Shown here: positions 24,888-34,074 of the stretch, piece after piece
How the letters are laid out: each line of letters begins with the position of its first letter
How positions within the stretch are numbered: the first letter of the stretch is position 1
Origin: Gemmatimonadota bacterium
Lineage (GTDB): Bacteria; JAAXHH01
DNA length: 64,000 nt
Reading direction: 5' to 3'
Assembly: GCA_009841265.1 (NCBI GenBank)
Contig: VXMB01000009.1
Span: forward strand, 93,951 to 157,950
The notes under the pieces: generated by a model
Database searches by the model: none
What the model saw: only the letters and a program-made list of their open reading frames with translations
Told to the model about the DNA's origin: nothing
Position numbers and translations under genes: made by a program

Positions 24888-27535
24888 GACGTGGCCTGTG
24901 CTCCTTTTCCATCTCCAATGGACCACTGTTCGCCGACAAGCGACACAGCCATCCGAAGCGCCTCGCCCAGGTTACCCGCGTCGGCAATGCCCTTGCCCGC
25001 GATATCGAAGGCCGTGCCGTGATCCACGGAGGTTCGGATGATCGGCAGGCCGAGGGTTACGTTCACGGTGCGGTCGAAGGCGATGGCCTTGACCGGGATG
25101 TGTCCCTGGTCGTGGTACATGCCGATGATCCCGTCGAAGTCGCCCTTCCGGGCCCGCATGAATACGGTGTCCGGCGGCAGGGGACCCGTGATCCGCCAAC
25201 CCCGGGCACCGGCTTTCTCACGCGCTTTTTCGATGGCGGGCGCGATGATGCGGATCTCCTCGTTCCCGAAGAGTCCGCCCTCGCCCGCATGGGGATTCAG
25301 TCCGCATACGGCGATCCGCGGCGCCGCCACGCCCATGCCGGCCAGCGCGTTGCCGACCAGGTCCAGGGTGATGAGTATTTCATCTTCGGACAGGCGGTCG
25401 ATGGCGTCTCGCAGGGAGACGTGAGTCGTCGCGTGGGAGACCAGGATCCCGTCGAAGGCCAGTGCGAGCCTGAATCGCTTCGTTCCGGTGATTTCGGCCA
25501 GCAACTCGGTGTGGCCGGCGTAGGCGTATCCGGCAAGGCTCATGGCTTCCTTGTTGATCGGCGCGGTGACCATGGCGGCGATGTAGCCGTCCATCGCCAT
25601 GCGGGCGGCCCGCTTCACGGATTCCACGGCAAGGCGACCGGCTTCGGACTGCACACGGCCCGGAACCAGGCTATCGATTTCTAATTCCGCTTCCTGCGCG
25701 TTCATGACGTCAATCGTGCCGTGGCGGAACAGGCCCGCCTCGGGATGTTCGATCGGATGGATGTCGAGACATGATCCGGTTCGGGCCAGCGGCAGCGCCC
25801 GGCGGATGACTTCATCATGCCCGATCACCAACGGCCGGCACAATTCGAAGACCCATTCCTGCGAAAGGATCTTTACAATGACCTCCGGTCCCACGCCGTT
25901 CGGATCGCCCAGCGTGATCCCGATGACCGGGCGTTCATCTGAACCGTTTCCTTTGCGATCGCCCGATGCCTGCTTACCATAGGGTCCGGTGATGCCATCC
26001 GGGGTGTCGCCGGCCGAGGTGTCGCCGCCCGTGATGGTGCCGGCCTCGGTGTTACCGGCCTCGGTGCTGCCGGCCTTGGTATCACCCGCCCGTGGGGTGG
26101 CACCAGCCAGGGTGTCAACGCCACGTGGAGAGAGGCGTTCCATGGCTTTCGCCAGCGTGTGCTCGTCGCCGAAGGATCCGGGTTTGATGACCAGACCCAT
26201 GCCGTCATGGGGACCGCCCGCGACGGCAGACTGGCCTATACCTGCGTCGATTTCATCGCGTATCCAGGCGCCATCGGCACGCAATTCCTGAAAGACGCGG
26301 CCGGCGGTTTCCCCGCCCGTGAGCACGAGACCACCCGGGTTCGCCTTCGTGAACAGCCTGCGGGCAACTTCACCCAGGTTTTCGATGACCACCAACGCGG
26401 GATCGCGGCCGGCGGCTTTCTCGGCCAGATGACCGATCCACGCCCGCCGATCCGTACGGTCCGTACGGTCCGGACGCACTGGGGTTACAACCGCGTTCCG
26501 CCCATTTGCCATGGCCTCCGCGATGCTAGTGGTCAGTCGATCCACCTCGCCCATACGCTTCCGCTCATCCACAATCGACAGGGGATCAAAGGGGCAGATG
26601 GTTGCCGAATTCCGGCCGTTGACCTGCTCGACCTGCCGGGAGGTCGTGTCGTGCAGACTGCAGGCGAATACGAGTACGGGACCGTCCTTCAGTGGCGACG
26701 CGGGTGCGGCAACTCGCGGCTTGCTGGATGATGACCGAGGTGAACGGGATGAGGAGGCACGCGGCTTCCACCTAAGCGCCAACCGTTCCGCGAGAGCGCC
26801 GGCCATGCCGCCGGAACCGCAGAGCAGCGTAGTAGCCGCCGCAGGCGCTGAAGAACGTCTGTCCTCAAAAGCTCCACGATCCTCGAAAACCGCGTCCAGC
26901 AACCCATCCCATCTCATAGGATCCGCCATATCCACCACCACCGTGGTCCCCGTTGCGGCCTTGATTTCGTCAAGCGCCCCTCTGATAGCTGCCGTACCGC
27001 CATGAACGGTTTTCAAATCGATGTGGACCCTCCCTCTGCCGGTACCATTGTCCAGGAGATCCGGGACGAAGGCGTGTTGCGGCGGGATGTCGGGACCCGC
27101 CATGTCCGCGCCGCTGATGGGCAGGCCGCCAAGCAAATGATATCCCCCCACCGTGATACGTCCCATTTCAGGAAAAGCCGGAGCGCATACCACCAGTCCG
27201 AAGTCCATCAGGTCGCTGACAAGGTCGATTTCGAAGCCTACATTTCCCCTGAGCGTCGAGTCGATCTTCTTGTAAATCAACGCACCCGACCGGGCCCGTA
27301 TCGCCTCGCAGGCCGCCCCCACGCGATCGGCGGCTTCCGCCTCGCTGCAGGAACGGGTGTCCGTGTTCAGCACGACCAGGTCTGCCGAATCGAATCGATC
27401 CAGCCGGTCCGGACCGGTCGGCACGGCCACGGCGAAGCCTCGTTTCGCGAAGGGGACCGCCACGTCGTGAGCGCCGGCGAGGTCGTCGGCGAGGATATAA
27501 ATGGGCGTAGTCATGGTGGTACTTTCAGGCCGCAC
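24884..27535 (-). CDS. Fusion of a four-carbon acid sugar kinase (OtnK/DUF1537) with 4-hydroxythreonine-4-phosphate dehydrogenase-like PdxA2, 883 aa
   Basis: N-terminus 'IYILADDLAGAHD' (DUF1537 kinase). C-terminus has the PdxA motifs 'RIAVCGLNPHAGEGG' and 'MYHDQGHIPVK'. Confidence 0.75.
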   Translation of the reverse strand: MRPESTTMTTPIYILADDLAGAHDVAVPFAKRGFAVAVPTGPDRLDRFDSADLVVLNTDTRSCSEAEAADRVGAACEAIRARSGALIYKKIDSTLRGNVGFEIDLVSDLMDFGLVVCAPAFPEMGRITVGGYHLLGGLPISGADMAGPDIPPQHAFVPDLLDNGTGRGRVHIDLKTVHGGTAAIRGALDEIKAATGTTVVVDMADPMRWDGLLDAVFEDRGAFEDRRSSAPAAATTLLCGSGGMAGALAERLALRWKPRASSSRSPRSSSSKPRVAAPASPLKDGPVLVFACSLHDTTSRQVEQVNGRNSATICPFDPLSIVDERKRMGEVDRLTTSIAEAMANGRNAVVTPVRPDRTDRTDRRAWIGHLAEKAAGRDPALVVIENLGEVARRLFTKANPGGLVLTGGETAGRVFQELRADGAWIRDEIDAGIGQSAVAGGPHDGMGLVIKPGSFGDEHTLAKAMERLSPRGVDTLAGATPRAGDTKAGSTEAGNTEAGTITGGDTSAGDTPDGITGPYGKQASGDRKGNGSDERPVIGITLGDPNGVGPEVIVKILSQEWVFELCRPLVIGHDEVIRRALPLARTGSCLDIHPIEHPEAGLFRHGTIDVMNAQEAELEIDSLVPGRVQSEAGRLAVESVKRAARMAMDGYIAAMVTAPINKEAMSLAGYAYAGHTELLAEITGTKRFRLALAFDGILVSHATTHVSLRDAIDRLSEDEILITLDLVGNALAGMGVAAPRIAVCGLNPHAGEGGLFGNEEIRIIAPAIEKAREKAGARGWRITGPLPPDTVFMRARKGDFDGIIGMYHDQGHIPVKAIAFDRTVNVTLGLPIIRTSVDHGTAFDIAGKGIADAGNLGEALRMAVSLVGEQWSIGDGKGAQATS

Positions 27536-28868
27536 CGCCGGCGAGGCCGGCCCGCGCTACGATCTCTTCCCAGGTGGGCTCGACCGGCGCGTCGCGGTCT
27601 GCCAGCTCAGCCATGACCTCCGGCCACTTTGCGCCCGATCCGGTGACCAGGCATACGACGGTCTCATCAGCGGCGAGCCGTCCCGCCCGGGCGGACTTGA
27701 TCGCCCCGGCAACGGACGCCGCCGATGACGGTTCGACCAGGTAACCGCTCCTCGCGAGCAGGCGCACCGCCTCGATGATCTCTTCCTCGGTCACGTCGGT
27801 GGCGTCACCGCCGGAATCGTAGATGGCCCCCAGTGCAAGGGGTCCTCCGGTGTCGTCCCTGATGGAGAGGGCGATGGAACTCGGATCGGGGTGGACGATC
27901 ACGTCACCGCGTCCCTGTTGGAACGACTGCACGTAAGGATTGCATCCCGCCGGCTGCACACCATGCATGACTGGATTCCGATCGACGAGGTCCAGCGCGC
28001 GCAGCTCGTTGAATCCCTTCCACGGACCGAACAGCGCGTCGCCCGCGGCGATGGGGCAGAACATCCGATCAGGGATCCGGCCGCCGAGTTGCACGAAGAT
28101 CTCGAAGGCGATGGTCTTGTAGCCCTCGATACCGAAGGGCGTGCCCGTGGGCATGGGCGTCATGGTCGTCGAGGGATAGAAGCCATGGTCCCGGATCAAC
28201 GTGTCCAGGTACTGAAAGCGGTCTTCCAGCACGAAGGCGTGGCCGCCGTACAGGGCGATCATGTCCCGCTGCAGCATGGAGGATTCGGGATGGCAGAGGA
28301 TGATGCAGGAGTCCATCTCCGCGGCGGCGCAATAGGCCGCGGCCGAGGCGCCGTGATTGCCCGTGGTACTGGCCGTGACCCGGCTGTAGCCCAGGGATCG
28401 CGCCATGGAGACCGAGGACGCGTGGAACCGGTCCTTGAAGGCCCAGGTGGGATTGGTCGTCTCGTTCTTGATGTACAGGTTCGATAAACCGGTCGCCTCA
28501 CACACCGCCCGGGGCCGCACGAGGGCCGTGTTCCCTTCGCCCAGTGAGATCTGCGCCGCCGGGTCCCGCAACGGCAGCAGGGCGTCGAATCGCCATATAC
28601 CGTGACCGGCCCGGCCCCAGTCCTCCACGTTCAGGTCGGTCGCGATCGCCGGGTAGTCGTAGGTCACGGTCAGCGCAGCCGCGCCGCCCCCTGCCTCGGC
28701 CGCGCCGCCCCCTGCCTCGGCCGTGCAGGAGGGACAGCCGAAGAACATCGGCGCCAGAGGATATTGAGCATTGCACCGGGTACAGGTGAGGCCGAGAATG
28801 GACATGGTTTTCTTTCGGGAGTTGAGCCGGAATATACCGACTTTTGCGTCTATGGAAGGGGATGGCAA
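27525..28868 (-). CDS. Threonine-synthase-like PLP enzyme with an N-terminal zinc ribbon; start probably MSILGL at ~28805
   Basis: 'CTRC...CPSC' zinc ribbon; PLP-lysine in 'TNPTWAFKDRFHA'. Contains a 21-bp tandem duplication encoding AEAGGGA x2. Confidence 0.7.
   Translation of the reverse strand: MPSPSIDAKVGIFRLNSRKKTMSILGLTCTRCNAQYPLAPMFFGCPSCTAEAGGGAAEAGGGAAALTVTYDYPAIATDLNVEDWGRAGHGIWRFDALLPLRDPAAQISLGEGNTALVRPRAVCEATGLSNLYIKNETTNPTWAFKDRFHASSVSMARSLGYSRVTASTTGNHGASAAAYCAAAEMDSCIILCHPESSMLQRDMIALYGGHAFVLEDRFQYLDTLIRDHGFYPSTTMTPMPTGTPFGIEGYKTIAFEIFVQLGGRIPDRMFCPIAAGDALFGPWKGFNELRALDLVDRNPVMHGVQPAGCNPYVQSFQQGRGDVIVHPDPSSIALSIRDDTGGPLALGAIYDSGGDATDVTEEEIIEAVRLLARSGYLVEPSSAASVAGAIKSARAGRLAADETVVCLVTGSGAKWPEVMAELADRDAPVEPTWEEIVARAGLAGGAA
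28683..28724. repeat. Perfect 21-bp tandem duplication (gccgccccctgcctcggccg x2) inside the thrC-like gene
   Basis: Read directly from the sequence; it encodes the duplicated heptapeptide AEAGGGA in the linker after the zinc ribbon. Confidence 0.8.
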
Positions 28869-29005
28869 TGCGTGTGTGGTTACCAGGATCGCTACCCGAA
28901 AATATACCTTCGGGGTCGGGGAGTGTAAAGGACTACAGGGTGCTTCGCATCAAACGTCACGGTGGTCGTCTCCCACGCCCGGTGCCCGACGTGACCCGGT
29001 TATTC

Positions 29006-29035
29006 TTGACACGGAAGACGGCACAACGATATGAT
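29006..29035 (+). promoter_or_regulatory. Candidate sigma70 promoter for the DapA-family gene
   Basis: TTGACA (29006-29011), 18-bp spacer, TATGAT (29030-29035). Confidence 0.35.
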
Positions 29036-29097
29036 CCGTAAGCCGAACGCATGACGCGGAAATCCTGGACAGACTCAAACCCACCGGAAGCGACACC

Positions 29098-30036
29098 ATG
29101 TCAACCCGATCACTGCCCCACGGACTCTGGCCGGTGATGCTCAACGCATTTCACGAGGACGGGACTATCGACTGGCACGGCGTGGACGCCCTGACCGACT
29201 GGTATATCGAGAGAGGATCGGCGGGCCTCTTTGCCTGTTGTGGATCCAGCGAGATGTTTCACCTGGATGACGTGGAGCGCCTGGCCGTAGCGCAACGCGT
29301 CGTAAGCCGGGCCGCCGGCCAGGTACCCGTAGTCGCCACAGGGACCTTCGGCGGTCCCATAGAGCATCAGGCCCGGTTTGTCAAGCATTTGGCTGATATG
29401 GGTGTGGACGCGGTGGTCGTCATCGTTTGCCTGATGGCCGAAAGGAGCGAGGACGAGGAAGTGCTTAAGCGGAACATGGAGCGACTGCTCGCCTTGACGG
29501 ATCCCGTTCCCCTGGGTCTCTACGAATGCCCTACGCCCTATCACCGGAAACTGTCGCCCGAACTCTTCGGGCATCTCGGCGCTTCCGGCAGATTCCATTA
29601 CCACAAGGATACGGTCTGTGATATCGATCTGCTCCGGCTGAAGATCGACGCCGTGCGCGACACGCCGCTAGGGGTCTTCAATGCCCACTTCGAAACCGGA
29701 CTCGATGGTCTTCGCTACGGGGCCGCCGGGATTTCTCCCGTTGCCGGAAACGTATTCCCCGAACTGTTTGCCTGGTTGTGTTCCGAGTATGACGAACACC
29801 CGGAAACGGCGGAGGAGGTGCAGCGGATGATGACGTCCCTGGCGCCGGTCGTCAACAACAAGTACCTTGTCACCTGCAAACGGTACCTCCAGCGTATCGG
29901 ACTGCCCATCACGACGCGCTGCCGTTCAACGGACGCCAGGTTGACTGCCTTCGACGAGGGGCTGATCGATGGATTGCAGACGTCGGTCGAACGTTTCGCA
30001 GAAACCCTGGGAATCACCCGGACCGTACCGGCCTGA
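29098..30036 (+). CDS. Dihydrodipicolinate synthase / N-acetylneuraminate lyase family (DapA-like) aldolase, 312 aa
   Basis: Class I aldolase fold; Schiff-base lysine context 'FHYHKDT'; 'GSSEMFHL' region. Confidence 0.7.
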   Translation: MSTRSLPHGLWPVMLNAFHEDGTIDWHGVDALTDWYIERGSAGLFACCGSSEMFHLDDVERLAVAQRVVSRAAGQVPVVATGTFGGPIEHQARFVKHLADMGVDAVVVIVCLMAERSEDEEVLKRNMERLLALTDPVPLGLYECPTPYHRKLSPELFGHLGASGRFHYHKDTVCDIDLLRLKIDAVRDTPLGVFNAHFETGLDGLRYGAAGISPVAGNVFPELFAWLCSEYDEHPETAEEVQRMMTSLAPVVNNKYLVTCKRYLQRIGLPITTRCRSTDARLTAFDEGLIDGLQTSVERFAETLGITRTVPA

Positions 30037-30039
30037 TCT

Positions 30040-31809
30040 TCATTCCGCCTCGTCCAGCCGCTCGACGTCCACGTAGTACGCCCCCTGGATTTCCCCTGCC
30101 TCATCGATGAAAGAAGCATGCAGGAGCGTCGTTCCCGTTCCTGCGATCGCGAGGGTGAACTCGGCGGTTTTGTCGCCGGTCTCCAGGGGTTCGCTCCGTT
30201 CCTCGTCGAAAAGCGACAGGCGCGCTTCGACCGGCCGGATCGCCACGGAACGGGCATCCTCCGGGGCGTAGATGAGGGTCCTTGCCTCCTCGGTCGGTAT
30301 CGTTCCGTCGATGGCCAGGTCGCGTTCGGCGGGCCACCGGCGCAGGGAGAACCGGTAGCGTCCCGGCCGCGCAATCTCGACGGCCCAGGTGCCGGTACTT
30401 TCCTTGGCCCGGGTGATGTGAGTCTGGTGCCAGGCCACGTCCCCCAGCACGTCCATGGCGCAGAGGCGCGCGGGATTCTCGGCCGGATCTCCGAGCGTGA
30501 TGGGACAGTAGGTTTCGAGTCCGGGCGAGATCTCGTCCCACCAGGCGTCATGGGCGCGACGCAGCCGGTCGACTTCGCCCGGATGGTCGTCGGCCACGTC
30601 CTCGCGCTGACCCGGATCGGCCTTGATGTCGTATAGCTCTTCGCCCCGTACCAGCCGCCAGCGGCGCGTCATCACGGCATTGGTCCATTTCTCCGGCGGC
30701 ACGGTATCCTGCCGGTACTGCAGGAAGTGAACCCGGTCGCCGGGCAGGCTTGCCTGGCCGCCATGCAGCTGCGGTGCTATGCTCCGGCCGTCGAAGTCCA
30801 CGTCCGGCGCATCGAGACCGCAAATATCGATGAAAGTCGGCAGCACGTCGATATGAAGGCTCATTTCGTCGACGTCCCGTCCGCCCACGAGTCCGCCGCC
30901 GGGCCACCGTATCAGAAAGGGCACGCGGTGACCGCCGTCATAGTAGGACCCCTTCTTTCCCCGCATCCCCGCGTTGAATCCCCGCACCACGTGTTGGTTC
31001 TCATCGAGTTCGCTGCCTCCCGAACTCCCGTTGTCGGTCATGAAGATCAGGATGGTGTTTTCTTCCAGGTCCAGTTCGGCGAGCCTTCGACGAAGTCGCC
31101 CGAAGTTCTCGTCGATATTTGCGATCATGCCGCAGAATTCGGGTTCCGGCACGTCCGGGTTGCCGTGGTAGGGCCGGGCGTATTCCTCAGACACGAGATA
31201 GGGGGTGTGCGGGGCATTGGTGGAGAGATAGACGAAGAACGGCGCGTCTGATCCGGCCTCACCGGTCGCGGACTGACCACCCGCGCACCCCTCGATGAAG
31301 CGGATCGCCTCGTCGAACCAGACGTCCGTGCAGTATCCCGCGTGCTCCACGGGCGCGCCGTTGTGGAAATAGGTGTCGTCGAAGTAGTTGTTTCCCCAGA
31401 AATCGGGCGTCTGTCCCACGCCGCCGCCCTTGTGGGCCACCACGTGCTGGAATCCGCGGTCCTGGGGCCGGTAGGGGTAGTTGTCGCCCAGGTGCCACTT
31501 GCCGAACATGGCGGTGCGGTAGCCGGCCGCGCCGAAGACGTCCGCCATGGTCGTCTCCGACTTGCGCAGGATGGACCGGCCCCAGCAGGTCGCCCAGGCA
31601 CCGTTGCGCACGGGCCGCCGGCCGGTCATCAGGGCGCCGCGCGTCGGCGTGCACAGGGGCGACACGTGGAAGTCGGTCAGGCGGACCGCGTCATCGTGAA
31701 AGGCGTCGATACGGGGTGTCTTCAACCACGGATGCCCGGTGCATCCCAGGTCGCCGTAACCCTGGTCGTCCGTGATGACCAGGATGACATTGGGTCTTTT
31801 GTCGCTCAT
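30040..31809 (-). CDS. Arylsulfatase-family sulfatase, cytoplasmic (no signal peptide), 589 aa
   Basis: Formylglycine motif 'CTPTRGALMTGR'; 'NVILVITDDQGYGDLG' N-terminus. Confidence 0.85.
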   Translation of the reverse strand: MSDKRPNVILVITDDQGYGDLGCTGHPWLKTPRIDAFHDDAVRLTDFHVSPLCTPTRGALMTGRRPVRNGAWATCWGRSILRKSETTMADVFGAAGYRTAMFGKWHLGDNYPYRPQDRGFQHVVAHKGGGVGQTPDFWGNNYFDDTYFHNGAPVEHAGYCTDVWFDEAIRFIEGCAGGQSATGEAGSDAPFFVYLSTNAPHTPYLVSEEYARPYHGNPDVPEPEFCGMIANIDENFGRLRRRLAELDLEENTILIFMTDNGSSGGSELDENQHVVRGFNAGMRGKKGSYYDGGHRVPFLIRWPGGGLVGGRDVDEMSLHIDVLPTFIDICGLDAPDVDFDGRSIAPQLHGGQASLPGDRVHFLQYRQDTVPPEKWTNAVMTRRWRLVRGEELYDIKADPGQREDVADDHPGEVDRLRRAHDAWWDEISPGLETYCPITLGDPAENPARLCAMDVLGDVAWHQTHITRAKESTGTWAVEIARPGRYRFSLRRWPAERDLAIDGTIPTEEARTLIYAPEDARSVAIRPVEARLSLFDEERSEPLETGDKTAEFTLAIAGTGTTLLHASFIDEAGEIQGAYYVDVERLDEAE

Positions 31810-31933
31810 CCTGACTTCTACTCCTTAGCGTTACGAAAGCGTTGTGATACAACCGATCTGATCACTAATATAACAGGGCTTTCTGATCACTGTTATTTAA
31901 CTATACCTGCGTCATTAGGCTAAGGAATAACAC

Positions 31934-32671
31934 GTGGTTGCCAATGTCGCCCATCGTGGCGCGTCGGGAAACTACCCCGAGAACACGTTACGCGCGTTTC
32001 AGATGGCGCTTGATATCGGCGTGGATGAGATCGAGCTCGATCTCCGTTCTACGCGGGACGGGCATCTCGTCGTCATGCACGACGCCACCGTAGACCGAAC
32101 AACCGACGGTACGGGCGCCATTGGCGAGCTCACGCTTGCCGAGATCAGGGCGCTCGACGCCGGAATGGTGTTTGGCGAAAGGTTTCGGGGCGAACGTGTG
32201 CCGACCTGGGAGGAAGCGCTGGATCTCGTTCGGGGTAAAGTGAGGCTCAATGTACACCTCAAAGAGGGTGGAAACCCGGATGGCGAATTTGAACGCAAGG
32301 TAGCGAAAGCGCTGCGCGCATTCCGAATGATGGGTGATTCCATACTGGCCTGCAACGATGAGAGCGTGGGGATCTTCGCCGAGGTCGACCCGCGAACAGT
32401 TTGCCGGATCTTTCCGAACAACCGCTCCCCCGAGGAGTACACTCGGTCATCTGCGGAATTGGGGCTTCGGACAACGCAGCCTGGACGGGACATGACCACG
32501 CCGGAATTTGTTCAGAAGGCGCACGAATCAGGACTGGGTGTTCACGTATTCTACGCAGATACCCCCGAAGACATGCGGAAATTCATCGGGATGGGCGTGG
32601 ATGGAATCCTGACAAACTATCCGGAACGGATGAAAGCGGTGATCGCGGAAACGTGTAGCGGAAACGTGTAG
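31934..32671 (+). CDS. Glycerophosphodiester phosphodiesterase (GDPD family), 245 aa
   Basis: 'VAHRGASGNYPENTLRAF', 'EIELDLRSTRDGHLVVMHD'. Confidence 0.8.
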   Translation: MVANVAHRGASGNYPENTLRAFQMALDIGVDEIELDLRSTRDGHLVVMHDATVDRTTDGTGAIGELTLAEIRALDAGMVFGERFRGERVPTWEEALDLVRGKVRLNVHLKEGGNPDGEFERKVAKALRAFRMMGDSILACNDESVGIFAEVDPRTVCRIFPNNRSPEEYTRSSAELGLRTTQPGRDMTTPEFVQKAHESGLGVHVFYADTPEDMRKFIGMGVDGILTNYPERMKAVIAETCSGNV

Positions 32672-32692
32672 CGGGAACGATCGGCGTCCGTG

Positions 32693-33859
32693 CTAATGCA
32701 GAAACAGCCGCAGGCCCGTGTGGGCCATGACCATGCCGTATTCGTCGGCCGCTTCCGTCACTCCTTTATCCGCAGCAGAACCGCCCGTCTGGGCCACGTA
32801 CCGCACGTTGCTTCGCCCCGCCCGGTCGATGTTGTCGCGGAAGGGAATGAAGGCGTCCGAAGATAGGCAGATCCCCTCGAAACGGGAAACACAATCCCGC
32901 CGTTCATCCGGCGAGATCAGCACGGGACGTTCTTCGAGGTCAACCAGCATGCGGGCCTCTTCCGTGTCGGAAAGCTGATCCCACAGGAGGTACTGGTCGA
33001 CGATGTTCGTCTTCTCGGTGCGTTTTAGCCCTTCGCGGAACGTGAGATCCAGTGTCCGGGGATGCTGTTGCAGGAACCACTTGTCGGCCTTGTCGCAGGC
33101 CAGCCGGGTGCAGTGGATGCGGGACTGCTGACCCGCGCCCATGCCGATCACCTGGCCGTCATAGGCCACGCAGACGGAGTTGGACTGGGTGTACTTGAGG
33201 GCGATCGTCGCCACGACGAGGGTGTCGAGCGCGGAATCCGGAACGTACTTGTTGTTCGTGACGATGTTGGAGAAGGTCTGCCGCGTGATGGCCGCGTCGT
33301 TGCGGGGCTGTTCCAACCGGAGGCCGAACAGCGTTCTTTGCTCGACATCGGGCGGTTCGAAGTCCGGGTCCATCTCCAGAACGAGGTATCCGCCCCCTTT
33401 CTTCGCACGGAGGACTTCCAGCGCGTCCGGTTCGTATCCCGGCGCGATGATCAGGTCCGACACCTCCCGTCTGAGCACGTTGGCCAGGGACCGGTCCACC
33501 ACCTCGCTCACGGCCGCCGCGTCCCCGAAGGAGCACATGCGGTCGCCTCCGCGGGCCCTTACGTAAGCCGCGGCCACAGGTGAAAGCTCCTTCCCGGCCA
33601 GGAACTGCGAGGCCAGGTACGTTTCACCGAGCTCAGCGGCGATGGCCGCCCCGGCAGGACTGGCGTGCTTGAAGGACGCCGCTCCGGCCACTCCGGTTGC
33701 CTGTTTCAGTTCCCGCGCCAGTTGCCATGCGCCCATGGCGTCGATGATATTGACGTAACCCGGCGTTCCGTTGAGCACGCGCAACGGTGATTCCGGCGGC
33801 AAGGTCACCCTGGAGGGATGTTGATGGGGATTGAGTCCGTATTTAAGTGAAAGATCCAT
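32693..33859 (-). CDS. Stand-alone AICAR-formyltransferase-domain protein (PurH-like AICARFT domain only), 388 aa
   Basis: 'LKYGLNPHQ', 'FKHASPAGA', 'SSDAFIPFRD' match the AICARFT domain of PurH. No MGS/IMP cyclohydrolase domain. Confidence 0.65.
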   Translation of the reverse strand: MDLSLKYGLNPHQHPSRVTLPPESPLRVLNGTPGYVNIIDAMGAWQLARELKQATGVAGAASFKHASPAGAAIAAELGETYLASQFLAGKELSPVAAAYVRARGGDRMCSFGDAAAVSEVVDRSLANVLRREVSDLIIAPGYEPDALEVLRAKKGGGYLVLEMDPDFEPPDVEQRTLFGLRLEQPRNDAAITRQTFSNIVTNNKYVPDSALDTLVVATIALKYTQSNSVCVAYDGQVIGMGAGQQSRIHCTRLACDKADKWFLQQHPRTLDLTFREGLKRTEKTNIVDQYLLWDQLSDTEEARMLVDLEERPVLISPDERRDCVSRFEGICLSSDAFIPFRDNIDRAGRSNVRYVAQTGGSAADKGVTEAADEYGMVMAHTGLRLFLH

Positions 33860-34074
33860 GGTTCAATGTCTTGTGGTTGAAATGGTCCTGTGTCCTGGAT
33901 TCAGTCAGGGCAAACTCCGGGCAGGTACTGATGCACATTCCCTGCATGTTCCCGCAGAAATTGGCCGAAAAGAATAGTGTTTCAACTTGCGCGGACAATA
34001 TAATCCCCTTTGTGCTGCCGGGCAAACTATCAGGGTGTAATCGCTGATCATTCTTCCAAATCAAGGATCTATCC

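Noticed and set aside
23076-24987. 648-aa plus-strand ORF (23076-25022) and a 381-aa alternative minus frame (23842-24987) over the substrate-binding-protein gene
   Set aside because: Overlap a well-supported family-5 substrate-binding-protein frame; low-complexity Arg/Gly/Pro-rich translations.
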